Below, piece after piece: positions 40,188 through 50,979 of a DNA stretch of 64,000 nucleotides. Location: positions 32,001 to 96,000 of the forward strand of contig CAWIIP010000004.1 in the NCBI GenBank assembly GCA_963836235.1. The letters are read 5' to 3'. Every line of letters starts with the position of its first letter. The first letter of the stretch is position 1. Both the position numbers and the translations under genes were made by a program. Source of the stretch: an uncultured Pseudomonadota bacterium. GTDB lineage: Bacteria; Oederibacteriota; Muellerivitia; Muellerivitales; Muellerivitaceae. The notes under the pieces were generated by a model. That model ran no database searches. It saw nothing but the letters and a program-made list of their open reading frames with translations, and was not told where the DNA came from.

Positions 40188-40754
40188 TTATTCCTTCCAA
40201 CCCGCGGGTTTTTCACAGGCTCTCACGAAATTTCCGCTCTTGTCGATCAAAAACCACTTTCCCCCTTCACGCACTACGGCTTGATCTTTCGCGCTGTAGC
40301 CAAAAGGGCCGGCGGTGTCATATTGGAAAGGGATGATGGTTTTGCCGGTTTTATCGATGTATCCCCATTTTTTATTCAATTGGGCCGGGGCCAAGCCCTC
40401 TGCAAAACTTTGAACAAAGTCATAAATGGGCTCAAAGGGAAACTTCCCGCTGGGATCGATAAAGCCGCATCGGGATCCCTTGTCTTTCTGCCGCTCGATC
40501 GCCGCGAGCCCTTCCGTGAAATCGGAAACATTCGCGAAAGTTTCATCCGTTATTTTTTTGCCCTCTTTGTCCACCAGCATGAACTTGCCGTATTCGCCAT
40601 CCCAATAGGCGCCGACATCCTCCACGGGTTTGGGGGCCGCCTCCAGGGGTTTTCGTGTCACTCCGGAAAATTGATCGATGACCGTTTCGATACCCCTGGT
40701 ATTGACGCCAAACAATCTCAATATTTCCAAAAACAAATTTGTCTTCGATTCCAT
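40188..40754 (-). CDS. WG-repeat protein
   Basis: FTEGLAA, GFID.SGK, FAEGLA...KWGYIDKTGK..IPFQYD. Confidence 0.85.
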   Translation of the reverse strand: MESKTNLFLEILRLFGVNTRGIETVIDQFSGVTRKPLEAAPKPVEDVGAYWDGEYGKFMLVDKEGKKITDETFANVSDFTEGLAAIERQKDKGSRCGFIDPSGKFPFEPIYDFVQSFAEGLAPAQLNKKWGYIDKTGKTIIPFQYDTAGPFGYSAKDQAVVREGGKWFLIDKSGNFVRACEKPAGWKE

Positions 40755-40888
40755 TTCTACCCCCTTCTATACTGAATGACTAATAAATTACGCCTAAATT
40801 AAAGCCAAAGGCCTTTTTCGAAAAGCGAAAAAACAGTGCCACCAGTTAACCGATTAGCCTGATTTCAAAATTCTCTTTTGAAGATTAT

Positions 40889-42847
40889 TTATTCATACCT
40901 TAAGGCGTTAATGGGGTTTAGGCGGGAGGCCTTGAAGGCGGGCCAGAAGCCGGCGGCCACACCCACTCCGGCGGAGAAAAGAAACCCTAAGAGAATCGCG
41001 CCCAGCGTCACGGGGGCCTGCCAATCGGCTATCCAGCTGAAAATCACGGCCGCGAGCCAGCCTAAAAGAATGCCGATGACCCCGCCGATGAGGCTGACGA
41101 CCGTGGATTCGATGAGGAACTGAAAGAGGATGTCCCGGCGCTTGGCGCCGAGCGCCTTGCGCAGGCCGATTTCGCGGGTTCTTTCCGTCACCGTCACCAG
41201 CATGATGTTCATGATGCCGATGCCGCCCACCAAGAGGCAGAAAAAGGCGATGCCCAAAATCAGGTAGGAAAGGGTGTTGGCGCTTTGCGACATGGCGTTC
41301 TGGTAGTCGGCCATGTCGTTGATGCGGAAGGCCTTATCCTGGTCGGGGGGGATATGGTGCCGCTGGAGCATGAGGTCCTTGGCGGCGTCCTTGACGGCGG
41401 GGATGTGCTCGGGGGCGTCCACTTCCACGTCGATGACGCCGATGAACTGCTGGCCCAGCACCCGGTACATGGCGGTGGAAACGGGGACCAGGATATTGTC
41501 GTCCGCGTCCCACCAGGCATTGGCGCCTTTTTCCGGCAGGACGCCGATGACCTGGAAATTGATCTTGTTGATCTTGATGTTGGCGCCGATGGGGTTTGCC
41601 TTGCCGAAAAGCTGGCGCACGTTTGTCATGCCCAGGACGGCCACCTTGTTCCTTTGCAGGACGTCGTCCTCGGTGAAAAAGCTCCCGGCGGTGGGGACGG
41701 AGGCCTTTATGGGCGCGAAGGCGGGAGTGGTGCCGATCAAATAAGTGTTCCAGTTCTTGTCGCAATTGACCACCTGCACCTTGCCCCAAACCTCGGGGGC
41801 GGTGCTTTTGACGCCCGAAAGGTAACTGCCGACCGCCTGGCAATCCCCCAGGGTGAGGCGGGTCATGGGGTCCCACCAGCCGAGGGAGACGCCCTTGATG
41901 TTGCGGGTCCCGGACTGGACTTGGACGACGTTGGCGCCCAGAGCGGCGATGGATTTTTGCAGGGATATCTTGGCCCCGGCGCCCATGGCCAGCATGGCGA
42001 TGACCACCATGACCCCGATGAGCACCCCCAAAATGGAAAGGGCGGTCCTCAATTTGTTCGCCTGGAGGGAACGCAGGGCCTGGAGGAAGTACTCGAAATA
42101 TTTTAGGAGGTGAAAGGCGGAGGCGGATTCGAGGGAGCCGACGGCTTGGGCGCTTGGGGAGGCGGGAGGGGGATCGGGGTTCAGTCTTTCGTCCGAATCG
42201 ATTTTTCCGTCCTTGACGTGGATGACGCGGCGGGCCTGGCGGGCGATAGTGGGTTCGTGGGTGACCAGGATGACGGTGATGCCTTCCTGATTCAGTTTTC
42301 GAAGCAGGTCCAGGATATCCAGGGAGCTTTTCGTGTCGAGGTTTCCCGTGGGCTCGTCGGCGAGGATCATGACCGGCCGGTTGACGAGGGAGCGCGCGAT
42401 GGCCACCCTTTGCTGTTGGCCGCCCGATAGCTCGTTGGGCCGGTGGGACGAGCGGGCTTTCAGGCCGACTTCCTCCAGCAATTTCCCCGGGCGTTGGGGA
42501 TCCACCGGGCTGGAGGCGTAAAGCTGGGGCAGAGAGGTATTTTCCAGCGCGGAGGTCCGCGGCAATAGGTTGAACTGCTGGAAGACGAAGCCAATGGTCT
42601 GGCTGCGGATGGAAGCCAGCTCGTCCTCGCTGAGGTTGGCGACTTCCTTGCCCATCAGACGGTAGGAACCGGCGTCGGGCGTGTCGAGGAGGCCTAATAT
42701 ATGAAGAAGAGTGGATTTTCCCGAACCGGACAGGCCCATGATAGCTACGAATTCGCCTTGCTCAATGGACAAGGAAACCCCGTCCAGGGCGCGGACTTCT
42801 TCCGTGCCCATTTGGTAGACCTTCGAGATGTTGGAGATTTGGATCAT
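40889..42847 (-). CDS. macB: MacB-like ABC transporter (ATPase-permease fusion), copy 1
   Basis: [48 protein letters not shown]. Confidence 0.9.
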   Translation of the reverse strand: MIQISNISKVYQMGTEEVRALDGVSLSIEQGEFVAIMGLSGSGKSTLLHILGLLDTPDAGSYRLMGKEVANLSEDELASIRSQTIGFVFQQFNLLPRTSALENTSLPQLYASSPVDPQRPGKLLEEVGLKARSSHRPNELSGGQQQRVAIARSLVNRPVMILADEPTGNLDTKSSLDILDLLRKLNQEGITVILVTHEPTIARQARRVIHVKDGKIDSDERLNPDPPPASPSAQAVGSLESASAFHLLKYFEYFLQALRSLQANKLRTALSILGVLIGVMVVIAMLAMGAGAKISLQKSIAALGANVVQVQSGTRNIKGVSLGWWDPMTRLTLGDCQAVGSYLSGVKSTAPEVWGKVQVVNCDKNWNTYLIGTTPAFAPIKASVPTAGSFFTEDDVLQRNKVAVLGMTNVRQLFGKANPIGANIKINKINFQVIGVLPEKGANAWWDADDNILVPVSTAMYRVLGQQFIGVIDVEVDAPEHIPAVKDAAKDLMLQRHHIPPDQDKAFRINDMADYQNAMSQSANTLSYLILGIAFFCLLVGGIGIMNIMLVTVTERTREIGLRKALGAKRRDILFQFLIESTVVSLIGGVIGILLGWLAAVIFSWIADWQAPVTLGAILLGFLFSAGVGVAAGFWPAFKASRLNPINALRYE

Positions 42848-42878
42848 TCCGGGGCTTTCAAGAAAGGTATCCGAGCGC

Positions 42879-43823
42879 TTATTTGGCGGTCTTGCGTTCC
42901 CAAGGCGGGATGGGGTTGGGGCCGCCCCCGATGGTTATCTCGGGAACCTCGACCTTGTCGCCTTCCTTCAAGCCCGCCACCACCTCGACCTTTTGACCGT
43001 CGGTAATGCCGGTGGTGATTTCTTTTTTAATGGGGGTTTTCGGGTTCGCCGGGTCGTCCACCAACACCAGGGCCTTGCCATCCTCATGGGTGATGCTTTC
43101 GAAGGGCAACATCAGGGCGCCCTTCTTTTGGGCGGTAATGAAGGTGGCGTTTGCGGTCATTCCGCTTCGCATGAAGGAGGGAACGGTTTTGGGCAGGACA
43201 TCCACTTCGTAAACGGTGACGTTGTTCACGTTCTGGGCCTCGAAGGCTATCTGATCCACGATCGCGTCCACCGATTGGCCCGGATAGGCGTCCAGCGTGA
43301 TGACCGCGTCCTGGCCCAACTGGATATGGGCCAAGTCGGTTTCGTCCACTTGGGCCTTCACGACGAGATGGTCCGACATGGCGAAAAGGGCATCCCCGGG
43401 GCCGACAATTTGGCCCGGGTTCACGGCTTTTTTGATCAGGATGCCGTCCAAGGGAGCCACAATATAAACGGGTTTGAACATTTTCTCCCAATGGGCTGCG
43501 TCTTTGGGATTTTGGGCCCGGGCGGTGTCCAACAATAAGGCCCGCTCGCTGCTGCTCATCATCGCCACGATCTGGTTCTTATGGAGGGTTTGACCTTCCT
43601 TCACCAGGACCTTGTCGATGCGCCCCGCTACCGGCGGTTTTATTTCCAGGCGGTTTTCCGGCTGGACGACTCCCGTGGAAAGGACCGTAGATTGGATGTC
43701 ATCCCTGGTGACTTGGACCGATCGGTAGGTCATCACCACCTTTTTGGGTTTCATCCCCAGGTAAATTCCCCATCCCAGGACGATCAATAACAGGAGCCAC
43801 CATTTTTTTTTGAAGAGATTCAT
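42879..43823 (-). CDS. macA: MacA-like periplasmic adaptor, copy 1
   Basis: N-terminal TM, GRIDKVLVKEG, VDETDL, MRSGMTA. Confidence 0.85.
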   Translation of the reverse strand: MNLFKKKWWLLLLIVLGWGIYLGMKPKKVVMTYRSVQVTRDDIQSTVLSTGVVQPENRLEIKPPVAGRIDKVLVKEGQTLHKNQIVAMMSSSERALLLDTARAQNPKDAAHWEKMFKPVYIVAPLDGILIKKAVNPGQIVGPGDALFAMSDHLVVKAQVDETDLAHIQLGQDAVITLDAYPGQSVDAIVDQIAFEAQNVNNVTVYEVDVLPKTVPSFMRSGMTANATFITAQKKGALMLPFESITHEDGKALVLVDDPANPKTPIKKEITTGITDGQKVEVVAGLKEGDKVEVPEITIGGGPNPIPPWERKTAK

Positions 43824-43888
43824 ACCAGCCTTATCAAAATTTTTCCAATTATACCCGGGGCTTGCATGTTTAGACGTTTCAAAGAGCC

Positions 43889-44425
43889 TTAAGTACCGTA
43901 CTTTATGACTTGTCCCTCATAAGAATTATGTCCGATCCCGATATATAACGAGCCTTGATTATGGGTCAGTTCCCAATGGTTGTCCCGGCTTAAGGACGAT
44001 CCCAGGGCGTTCAAAAAGCGCTGGTCGAAGGAGTAAATGCCGATGGATTCTAGCCGGTGTACCTCCTGCGCCTGGAAATCCTTGACGAGCATTTGGCCAT
44101 CCTTGTGGGTATATATAAGAACCTGTTTGACCGATTTACAGGCCTTGTGGATGCGTTTGGCCGTGGGATTGCCGATGTCGATCCAAAGGTCGATGCCGCC
44201 GGTGAGGCCCATGACCTTGAGGGCCGGTTCCTCGGGGGTGCTGATGCCGCCGGAAAATTCCAGGCCCTCTTGGTGGTTCAAGCAATAGGCCAGGATTCGG
44301 GTGACAAAAAAAGGAATGGATTCGGAGGGGTGAAGGGCGGCCCTGAATTCCAGGGTTTGATAAAGATTCCGGTCCACGTCGGATAGGTCGATGGTGAATC
44401 GGTAGAGAGTCGAGGTTAGGCCCAA
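43889..44425 (-). CDS. yaeQ: YaeQ-family protein
   Basis: LSDVDR..Y, ALHPSE, RILAYCL, LWIDIGNP..KRIHKA. Confidence 0.88.
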   Translation of the reverse strand: MGLTSTLYRFTIDLSDVDRNLYQTLEFRAALHPSESIPFFVTRILAYCLNHQEGLEFSGGISTPEEPALKVMGLTGGIDLWIDIGNPTAKRIHKACKSVKQVLIYTHKDGQMLVKDFQAQEVHRLESIGIYSFDQRFLNALGSSLSRDNHWELTHNQGSLYIGIGHNSYEGQVIKYGT

Positions 44426-44475
44426 GGGAGCTCCTGAAAAGGATGCCTTATTCTAAGAAGAACCGACAGATATGG

Positions 44476-46458
44476 CTATTCGTACCTGAGGGCCATGATG
44501 GGGCTCAGGCGGGAAGCCTTGTAGGCGGGCCAAAGGCCGAAGACCAGGCCCACCAAGGCCGAGAAGACGGTGGAGACCAGGATGGCCATGGGCGTAATAA
44601 GGGTTGGCATGGACTTCCAGAGTTCGATGACTTCCGCGAAACCCCAGCCCAAGCCGATGCCTAAAAGGCCGCCGAGAAGGCTGACAAAAACCGCCTCGAT
44701 CAGGAATTGGGAGAGGACGTCGAACCCCCGGGCGCCGATGGCCTTGCGCAGGCCGATCTCGCGGGTCCTTTCCGTGACCGAGACCAGCATGATGTTCATG
44801 ATGCCGATGCCGCCCACCAGGAGGGAAATGGCCCCGATGGCCGTCAGCAGGACCGAAAAGGTCTGCGCGGCCTGGTTCCGGACGGCCTGGATGTCGGCCA
44901 TGTTGCGGACGTTGAAGGCTTGCGAGTTGTCCGGGGTATTGGGGATGTGCATTTGGTGCATCATGAAGTTAAAGACGGAGGTGGCGACGAGGCCGGTATC
45001 GTCGCTGTTATCCGCCTCGATGTCGACCTGGTTGACGTAAAGCTTTCCGAAAAGCCGGTACATGGCGGTGGTGACCGGAACAATAATGATGTCATCCTGG
45101 TCGAAGTAACCGTTGTAACCCTTGACGGGGAGGACGCCGATGACCTGATAGTTTTCGCGGTTGATTTTAACCGTTTCTCCGACCGGGTTCGCCTTGTCCC
45201 CGAAAAGGTTTTTGATGATGGTCAAGCCGAGGAGGGCCACCCGATTGCGTTTTTTGACGTCGTCAATGGTGATGAAGCGCCCGTAAATCGGCTGGGCGGC
45301 CTTCATTTCGGCGTAGTTAGGGGTGGTTCCGGTTACCTGAGTATTCCAGTTTTTATCACTGTAGGTCGTTTGGACCCGGCCCGAGACTTCGGGGGCGATG
45401 CGATTGACCATGGGGACCGTCGCTACCGACATGGCGTCTGGAAGGGTGATGCGGCTGCTTCCGCCCACACCCTGTTGGACTCCCCCGACGGCGAGCGATC
45501 CGGGCCGCAGGGTCACCAGGTTGGTGCCAAGGGAGGCCAATTGGGCTTCGGTGGCCTTTTGGGCGCCGGTACCGATGGCCTGGCTGCCAATCACCGCTCC
45601 GACCCCGATCATGACGCCCAGGATCGAAAGGGCGGAGCGGACCTTGTTGGCCATGAGGGCCCGCATGGCCTGGCGGAAATATTCCTTTACCTGCTTTAGG
45701 CTGAAGCTGGAATGGCTGTCGGAAACGGCGTTTTTCAGGATCGCGCTGGTTTTTTCCGGCTGGGGAGGCCGGGCCGTGGCCTGGGAATTGGCCAGGTCCG
45801 TGAGGATTTTCCCGTCCTTCATGGTGATGATTCGGCGGGCGTGGGTGGCGATATCAGGCTCGTGAGTGACCAGGATGATTGTGATGCCGCTTTCGTTCAT
45901 CTTGCCCAGGAACTCGATGATGTCCTCGGAACTTTTGGAATCCAGGTTTCCCGTGGGTTCGTCCGCGAGGATGATCTTGGGTTTGTTGGTGAGGGCCCGC
46001 GCGATGGCGACCCGCTGCTGCTGGCCTCCCGAAAGCTCGTTGGGCTTATGGCCCATGCGCTCTCCCAGGCCGACCATGTTCAGGAGTTCCTTGGGGTCGC
46101 TGTGGGGGGCGTTGGGGTCGGAATAGAGAAGGGGCAGGGAAACCTGTTCCAGCGAGGAAGTGCGGGCCAGGAGGTTAAACATCTGGAAGATGAACCCCAG
46201 CGTTTGGCCCCGGACCGCCGCCAACTGGTCTTCCTTCAGGCTGGAAACCTCGTTCCCCAAAAGCTTATAGGAACCCGAAGTGGGGGCGTCCAAGAGGCCG
46301 AGGATCTGAAGCATGGTGGATTTGCCGGAGCCGGACGCGCCCATAATGGCCACGAACTCGCCCGCCTCGATCTTGAGGGAAACGCCGTTCAGGGCGCGCA
46401 CCTCACTGTCGCCCATCTTATAAACCTTATGGATGTCCGTGATCTCGATGACGTTCAA
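44476..46458 (-). CDS. macB: MacB-like ABC transporter, copy 2
   Basis: [36 protein letters not shown]. Confidence 0.9.
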   Translation of the reverse strand: MNVIEITDIHKVYKMGDSEVRALNGVSLKIEAGEFVAIMGASGSGKSTMLQILGLLDAPTSGSYKLLGNEVSSLKEDQLAAVRGQTLGFIFQMFNLLARTSSLEQVSLPLLYSDPNAPHSDPKELLNMVGLGERMGHKPNELSGGQQQRVAIARALTNKPKIILADEPTGNLDSKSSEDIIEFLGKMNESGITIILVTHEPDIATHARRIITMKDGKILTDLANSQATARPPQPEKTSAILKNAVSDSHSSFSLKQVKEYFRQAMRALMANKVRSALSILGVMIGVGAVIGSQAIGTGAQKATEAQLASLGTNLVTLRPGSLAVGGVQQGVGGSSRITLPDAMSVATVPMVNRIAPEVSGRVQTTYSDKNWNTQVTGTTPNYAEMKAAQPIYGRFITIDDVKKRNRVALLGLTIIKNLFGDKANPVGETVKINRENYQVIGVLPVKGYNGYFDQDDIIIVPVTTAMYRLFGKLYVNQVDIEADNSDDTGLVATSVFNFMMHQMHIPNTPDNSQAFNVRNMADIQAVRNQAAQTFSVLLTAIGAISLLVGGIGIMNIMLVSVTERTREIGLRKAIGARGFDVLSQFLIEAVFVSLLGGLLGIGLGWGFAEVIELWKSMPTLITPMAILVSTVFSALVGLVFGLWPAYKASRLSPIMALRYE

Positions 46459-46539
46459 TGAAAGCTCCTGAAAAATGTCGGGGGTTGAACCGTGAAGGGT
46501 TTTTAGGAAATATCGTCCAAAGCCATGGGCCGCCGCCTT

Positions 46540-47523
46540 TTAATGGCCGCCGCCACCTCCGCCTCCACCGCTCCGGTTTCCGCCTCCCGGGCCCGCCCCG
46601 GGCATCAGGGGATTGTTGCTGGCGCCCTGGCCGCTGAATTGGGAGCTGGAAAAGGATTTGATCAAGACCTTGTCGCCTTCCGCCAAGCCGGAAACCACCT
46701 CAATCCGCTTTCCGTCGGTCACGCCGGTTTGAATGGGCTGGAATTGCGGCTTGCCTTTATCCACGGCCAGCAGGACGCCCGTTTGGCCGTCCTGTTGCTG
46801 CACGGCGTCGGCGGGTATTTCCAAGACGTCATCCTTCTCTGAAACATTGAACACGACATTGGCGGTCATTCCGCTTCGCATGAAGGCGGGAACCTGGTCC
46901 GGCCATACATCCACTTCGTAAGTGGTGACGTTGTTGACCAAAATGGAAAAATAGGAAATGCGCTTCACCACTCCGGAAAAAGGTTTGTCGGGATAAGCGT
47001 CCAGGGTGATGGTGGCATTCTCGCCCATTTTGATTTGGGCCAAGTCTGTCTCGTCCACCTGGGTATTGACCATCAGATGGTCGGACATGACCATGATGGT
47101 GACACCCGTGCTGATAACTTGGCCCGGAACGGTTGGCAAATAAATAATCTGGCCGTTTTCGGGGGAAAGAAGAGGTGTTTCCTGGTAATACTTCTCCCAA
47201 TGGGACAATTGGGAGGTTCCTTGGGCGGCGGCTTCATCCAAAACGGTGGCGCGTTCGGTGGAGCTTAACTGCATAAGCTGTTGGCCCTTTTTAACGGTGT
47301 CCCCTTCCTGGCACAGGATTTTTTCAATTCTGCCCGTGATGGCCGGGAAAATGGCCAGTTCATTATGAGGTTGGACATTGCCGGTGGCGAGAACCGTGAT
47401 CTGAAGGTCGCCCCGCTTGACGGGAACCGTCCGCATGCCGCCGGCCTGTTTTTTGTGGCTCCCGCAACCGACCCCCAGCAATGTTGCCGTCAAAATAAAC
47501 ACAAGTGAAAGTGACTTCCTCAT
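46540..47523 (-). CDS. macA: MacA-like periplasmic adaptor (lipoprotein), copy 2
   Basis: Lipobox GVGC; VDETDL, MRSGMTA. Confidence 0.85.
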   Translation of the reverse strand: MRKSLSLVFILTATLLGVGCGSHKKQAGGMRTVPVKRGDLQITVLATGNVQPHNELAIFPAITGRIEKILCQEGDTVKKGQQLMQLSSTERATVLDEAAAQGTSQLSHWEKYYQETPLLSPENGQIIYLPTVPGQVISTGVTIMVMSDHLMVNTQVDETDLAQIKMGENATITLDAYPDKPFSGVVKRISYFSILVNNVTTYEVDVWPDQVPAFMRSGMTANVVFNVSEKDDVLEIPADAVQQQDGQTGVLLAVDKGKPQFQPIQTGVTDGKRIEVVSGLAEGDKVLIKSFSSSQFSGQGASNNPLMPGAGPGGGNRSGGGGGGGGH

Positions 47524-48812
47524 GGAATTTCTCCTTTTCCCTCGTCGAATTCCCAGGCCGCTTGAGAACTTTTGATATTTAATTGATCCGATAACTCGGT
47601 TTTTTGTTGATTGGTGAGAGCCGTTTCCAGCAGGTTCCAGTTCACGAAAATCAGGAGGCCGTTCAAATATTCGACTTTTCCGATTTCTTCTTGGACTTTG
47701 GCCGCCTTTACTTGAAACTCCTGGACTTTAATCTGGCCCACGGCGTTCGCGTAATTGGCCCAATCGCTTTCCAACTGGCTTTCGGTTTTCAAATCGGTGC
47801 TTTGGAGGGCGTCCTGGACGCCCTGCTTGGATTCTTCGGCGCTCTTGAGGGTAAAGAGGTCGTGCCCCCCGGTGAAAAGGGGAAAGGAAAGTGAAAGTCC
47901 CGCCGACCACTCCGGCTGGGTTTCATTAAAATTCAATCCATCTTGGGAAAGGGAGGCGTTAGCTGAGAGGGTTGGCAAGAAAGCCCCCCGTGCGGTGACA
48001 TATTGGCTCTCTGAGAGGCCCAATTGGGCGACGGCCTCCAGGTGGGAAGGGGTTTGATTTGTCAATTCAATGAAGTTAGGACGGGAATCGGGAAGAGTGG
48101 GGATTTCAAAATTACCCTGCACTTCCAGGTTGCCCATCGGATTCCTACCCAAGACCTGATCCAATTGTTTTTGCGCCACCCTTGATTCCCGCTGTGCCTC
48201 AAGAACATATAATTTATCCTGTTCCACGGCGACCTGGGCTTGAAGCAGGGAACCCTTGTTGTCCGTACCACCCTCAAAATTCATTTTGACCAGGTCGGCG
48301 TTGGCCTGGTCGCGTTTTGTAATATCCTCCAAAAGGCTTATTTCCTGTTGGGAATAAAGCAAGGTGTAAAAATCAATTTTCAAGTCGTGCGAAAGCTGTG
48401 CCTTGGCTTGTTTAAGCTGGGCGCGGGCCAAATCGAGCTGGGCGTTGGATTGATCGACAGAGGCGAAATCCTTAAATCCGGAAAAGATGTCCTGTTGGGC
48501 ATTCAGGGAAAGGCTGGAGTTTTGGTTGTAATAAGGAGTGTTGAGGGCGTCACTGAACCCGCCGGCTCCCGAACGACCGATAGAAGCATTGAAAGATATC
48601 TGGGGAAGAAATTGTCCCAAACTGGCGATATGGCTGTCATCGGCCGCTGTGAGGGTTTGTTCCGCGGCCAAAAGATCTTTGTTGTGAGTAGAGGCTTCTT
48701 TGACGCATTGGTCCCAAGTGAGCGCTGGGGAATCTTGGGCGCCCAGACTGGATTGATAGATTAAAAGAATCAGCCCCGTTAAGGCGACGGAAAGAAAAGA
48801 GCGGGTTTTCAT
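47520..48812 (-). CDS. TolC-family outer membrane efflux protein
   Basis: Signal peptide; duplicated FLP.(I/L)S..AS and LS.PLF.G motifs; 4-bp overlap with macA. Confidence 0.87.
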   Translation of the reverse strand: MKTRSFLSVALTGLILLIYQSSLGAQDSPALTWDQCVKEASTHNKDLLAAEQTLTAADDSHIASLGQFLPQISFNASIGRSGAGGFSDALNTPYYNQNSSLSLNAQQDIFSGFKDFASVDQSNAQLDLARAQLKQAKAQLSHDLKIDFYTLLYSQQEISLLEDITKRDQANADLVKMNFEGGTDNKGSLLQAQVAVEQDKLYVLEAQRESRVAQKQLDQVLGRNPMGNLEVQGNFEIPTLPDSRPNFIELTNQTPSHLEAVAQLGLSESQYVTARGAFLPTLSANASLSQDGLNFNETQPEWSAGLSLSFPLFTGGHDLFTLKSAEESKQGVQDALQSTDLKTESQLESDWANYANAVGQIKVQEFQVKAAKVQEEIGKVEYLNGLLIFVNWNLLETALTNQQKTELSDQLNIKSSQAAWEFDEGKGEIP

Positions 48813-49042
48813 GAGAGCCTTTTAGCATAAGGGGGAATGACAATCCATCTTTCAAATCGTCTTTATCAGGACCCCATCAATATTTCTGCTTCGTTTTGAC
48901 GTCAAGAACCCGGAACGAGTGTTGATGAGAAGGGTTTGCGGAGGTAAGAAATATTTTTGTTACGTATTGACATAATTGTAGTAGATTGCTCAAATTGACA
49001 AGTCGTCCAAATTTGTCATAAATTCTCATTTCGAGGTTTCCA

Positions 49043-50623
49043 ATGGTGGATCATCAAAAACGTTCCCAACGAAAAATCCAAGAGCTCACGGCGCTTTATG
49101 AGATCAGCCATTCAATGGCCTCGGTTTTGGAATTCAAGTCCGTTCTCAATCATGTCCTGGAAGCCCTCGCCAATTATTTGGATATGAACCGTGGAACCGT
49201 CTCAATTTTGGATCAAAAGACGGGCCAGTTGGGAATCGAAGCCGCGCACGGATTGACGAAAGAAGAAATAGCCCGGGGCAAGTACAAAATCGGGGAAGGG
49301 GTGACCGGGAAAGTCATGGAAAGAGGAGAGCCCATGATTATTCCGGATATCGGTAAAGAACCTTTATTTTTGAATCGCACTAAATCCCGTGGGGACGTAA
49401 AGCGCCAAAATATCGCCTTCATTTGTATCCCGATAAAATTGAAGGGCGAAACATTGGGAGTCCTTTCGGTGGACCGGCTCTTCAAGGACGCGGACATTTC
49501 CTTTGAGGAAGATGTTCGCTTGTTGACGGCGGTGGCCGCGCTCATCGGACAAAACCTTAAGCTTCATCAGATGATCGAAAAAGAAAAAGAAGATTTGCTT
49601 GAAGAAAATCGTGAACTGCACAGCGAGCTCAAAGGTAAATACAAACTGGAAAACGTCGTGGGGAACTCCAAGTCGATGGTGGAGGTTTATAAATCGGTTC
49701 AAAGGGTGGCGGCTACCCGGACGACCGTCATTATTCGGGGGGAATCGGGCACGGGAAAAGAGTTGATCGCCCGGGCTGTCCATTACAACAGCCCCCGGGC
49801 TGAAAAGCCTTTCGTGAAAGTCTCCTGCGCGGCCTTGCCCGAAACCCTTTTGGAGAGCGAGCTTTTTGGCCATGAAAAGGGAAGCTATACAGGAGCTTCC
49901 GAGATGGTCAAGGGCCGTTTTGAATTGGCGGACGCCGGTACCTTATTTTTGGATGAGATCGGGGATATTTCCCAGGCCACCCAGGTCAAACTGCTGCGGG
50001 TCCTTCAGGAAAAGAAGTTCGAGCGAGTGGGAGGCACAAAAACCTTGTCGGTGGATGTCCGGATCATCGCCGCCACGAATCGGAACTTGGAGAAAGCCAT
50101 AGCGGAGGGAAAATTCCGCGAGGATCTTTATTACCGCTTGAATGTGGTGCCCATTTTTTTACCGTCGCTCCGAGAACGAAAAGAAGATATTCCCCTTCTC
50201 TTGAACCATTTTTTGGTGAAATACAACGAAGAAAATAAAACCCACTTTAAGTTGGCACCTGAAGTGGTGACCCGCCTTGTCGGTTATCCGTGGCCTGGAA
50301 ACGTTCGGGAACTTGAAAACACCATGGAGCGCATGGCGGTCATGTCGAAAGGGAATCTTCTAACCGTGGAAGATATCCCCTTGCCTCTTGATCTTTCATC
50401 AAACTATTCTCCTTCTTACCGGGATGGAGCCGACCAAGTTGCTTCGCCCAGCCTTTCCAGCAATAACACCTTATCCGAAATCGAGAAGATGAAGGTAATG
50501 GAGGCTATGGAACGTTGTGGTGGAGTCCAGGCGAAGGCTTGCAAGCTTTTAGGGATCACTCCCCGCCAGTTGGGCTATAAGCTAAAAAAGTACAAAATCG
50601 GGTATAAACCTACTTTTTTGTAA
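49043..50623 (+). CDS. NifA-like sigma54 enhancer-binding protein (GAF-AAA+-Fis HTH)
   Basis: GAF ([19 protein letters not shown]), [54 protein letters not shown]. Confidence 0.92.
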   Translation: MVDHQKRSQRKIQELTALYEISHSMASVLEFKSVLNHVLEALANYLDMNRGTVSILDQKTGQLGIEAAHGLTKEEIARGKYKIGEGVTGKVMERGEPMIIPDIGKEPLFLNRTKSRGDVKRQNIAFICIPIKLKGETLGVLSVDRLFKDADISFEEDVRLLTAVAALIGQNLKLHQMIEKEKEDLLEENRELHSELKGKYKLENVVGNSKSMVEVYKSVQRVAATRTTVIIRGESGTGKELIARAVHYNSPRAEKPFVKVSCAALPETLLESELFGHEKGSYTGASEMVKGRFELADAGTLFLDEIGDISQATQVKLLRVLQEKKFERVGGTKTLSVDVRIIAATNRNLEKAIAEGKFREDLYYRLNVVPIFLPSLRERKEDIPLLLNHFLVKYNEENKTHFKLAPEVVTRLVGYPWPGNVRELENTMERMAVMSKGNLLTVEDIPLPLDLSSNYSPSYRDGADQVASPSLSSNNTLSEIEKMKVMEAMERCGGVQAKACKLLGITPRQLGYKLKKYKIGYKPTFL

Positions 50624-50747
50624 TTAAACCTGAATAGAAGTGTTTTCTTTGAGGGAAGAGTTGGCTGTCCTTTCGAGTACTTCAAAAGCATAATATTTCC
50701 TTAATAGTTAGGTTAAATCTAAGGTTACCCCACATTTTTCCATTCTC

Positions 50748-50763
50748 TGGCAGGGCTTTTGCT
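50748..50763 (+). promoter_or_regulatory. Sigma54 promoter of glnA
   Basis: TGGCAG-GGCTT-TTGCT. Confidence 0.78.
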
Positions 50764-50979
50764 TTATGTTCAGGTCTCAATGATTTGGATAAGACTGCTT
50801 AGTGGGTGCGGAAGTCATTGGTTATTTAATTAAAGAAGGCTTTCTCCAGTTTTCTCAGGGAGGCCTTTTGGGGTAGAAGGTATGGACAACGCTTCAAGAA
50901 CGGTTGTCCAAAGAAGAATATTTATTTGTGGGCCAATATGGAGGGTCCATCTGAAATAAATTTTTAAGGAGGTCGCGAA

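Noticed and set aside
49043-50623. Evidence of nitrogen fixation (nifA)
   Set aside because: No nif structural genes in the window; the context is glutamine synthetase, so no gene symbol was assigned.
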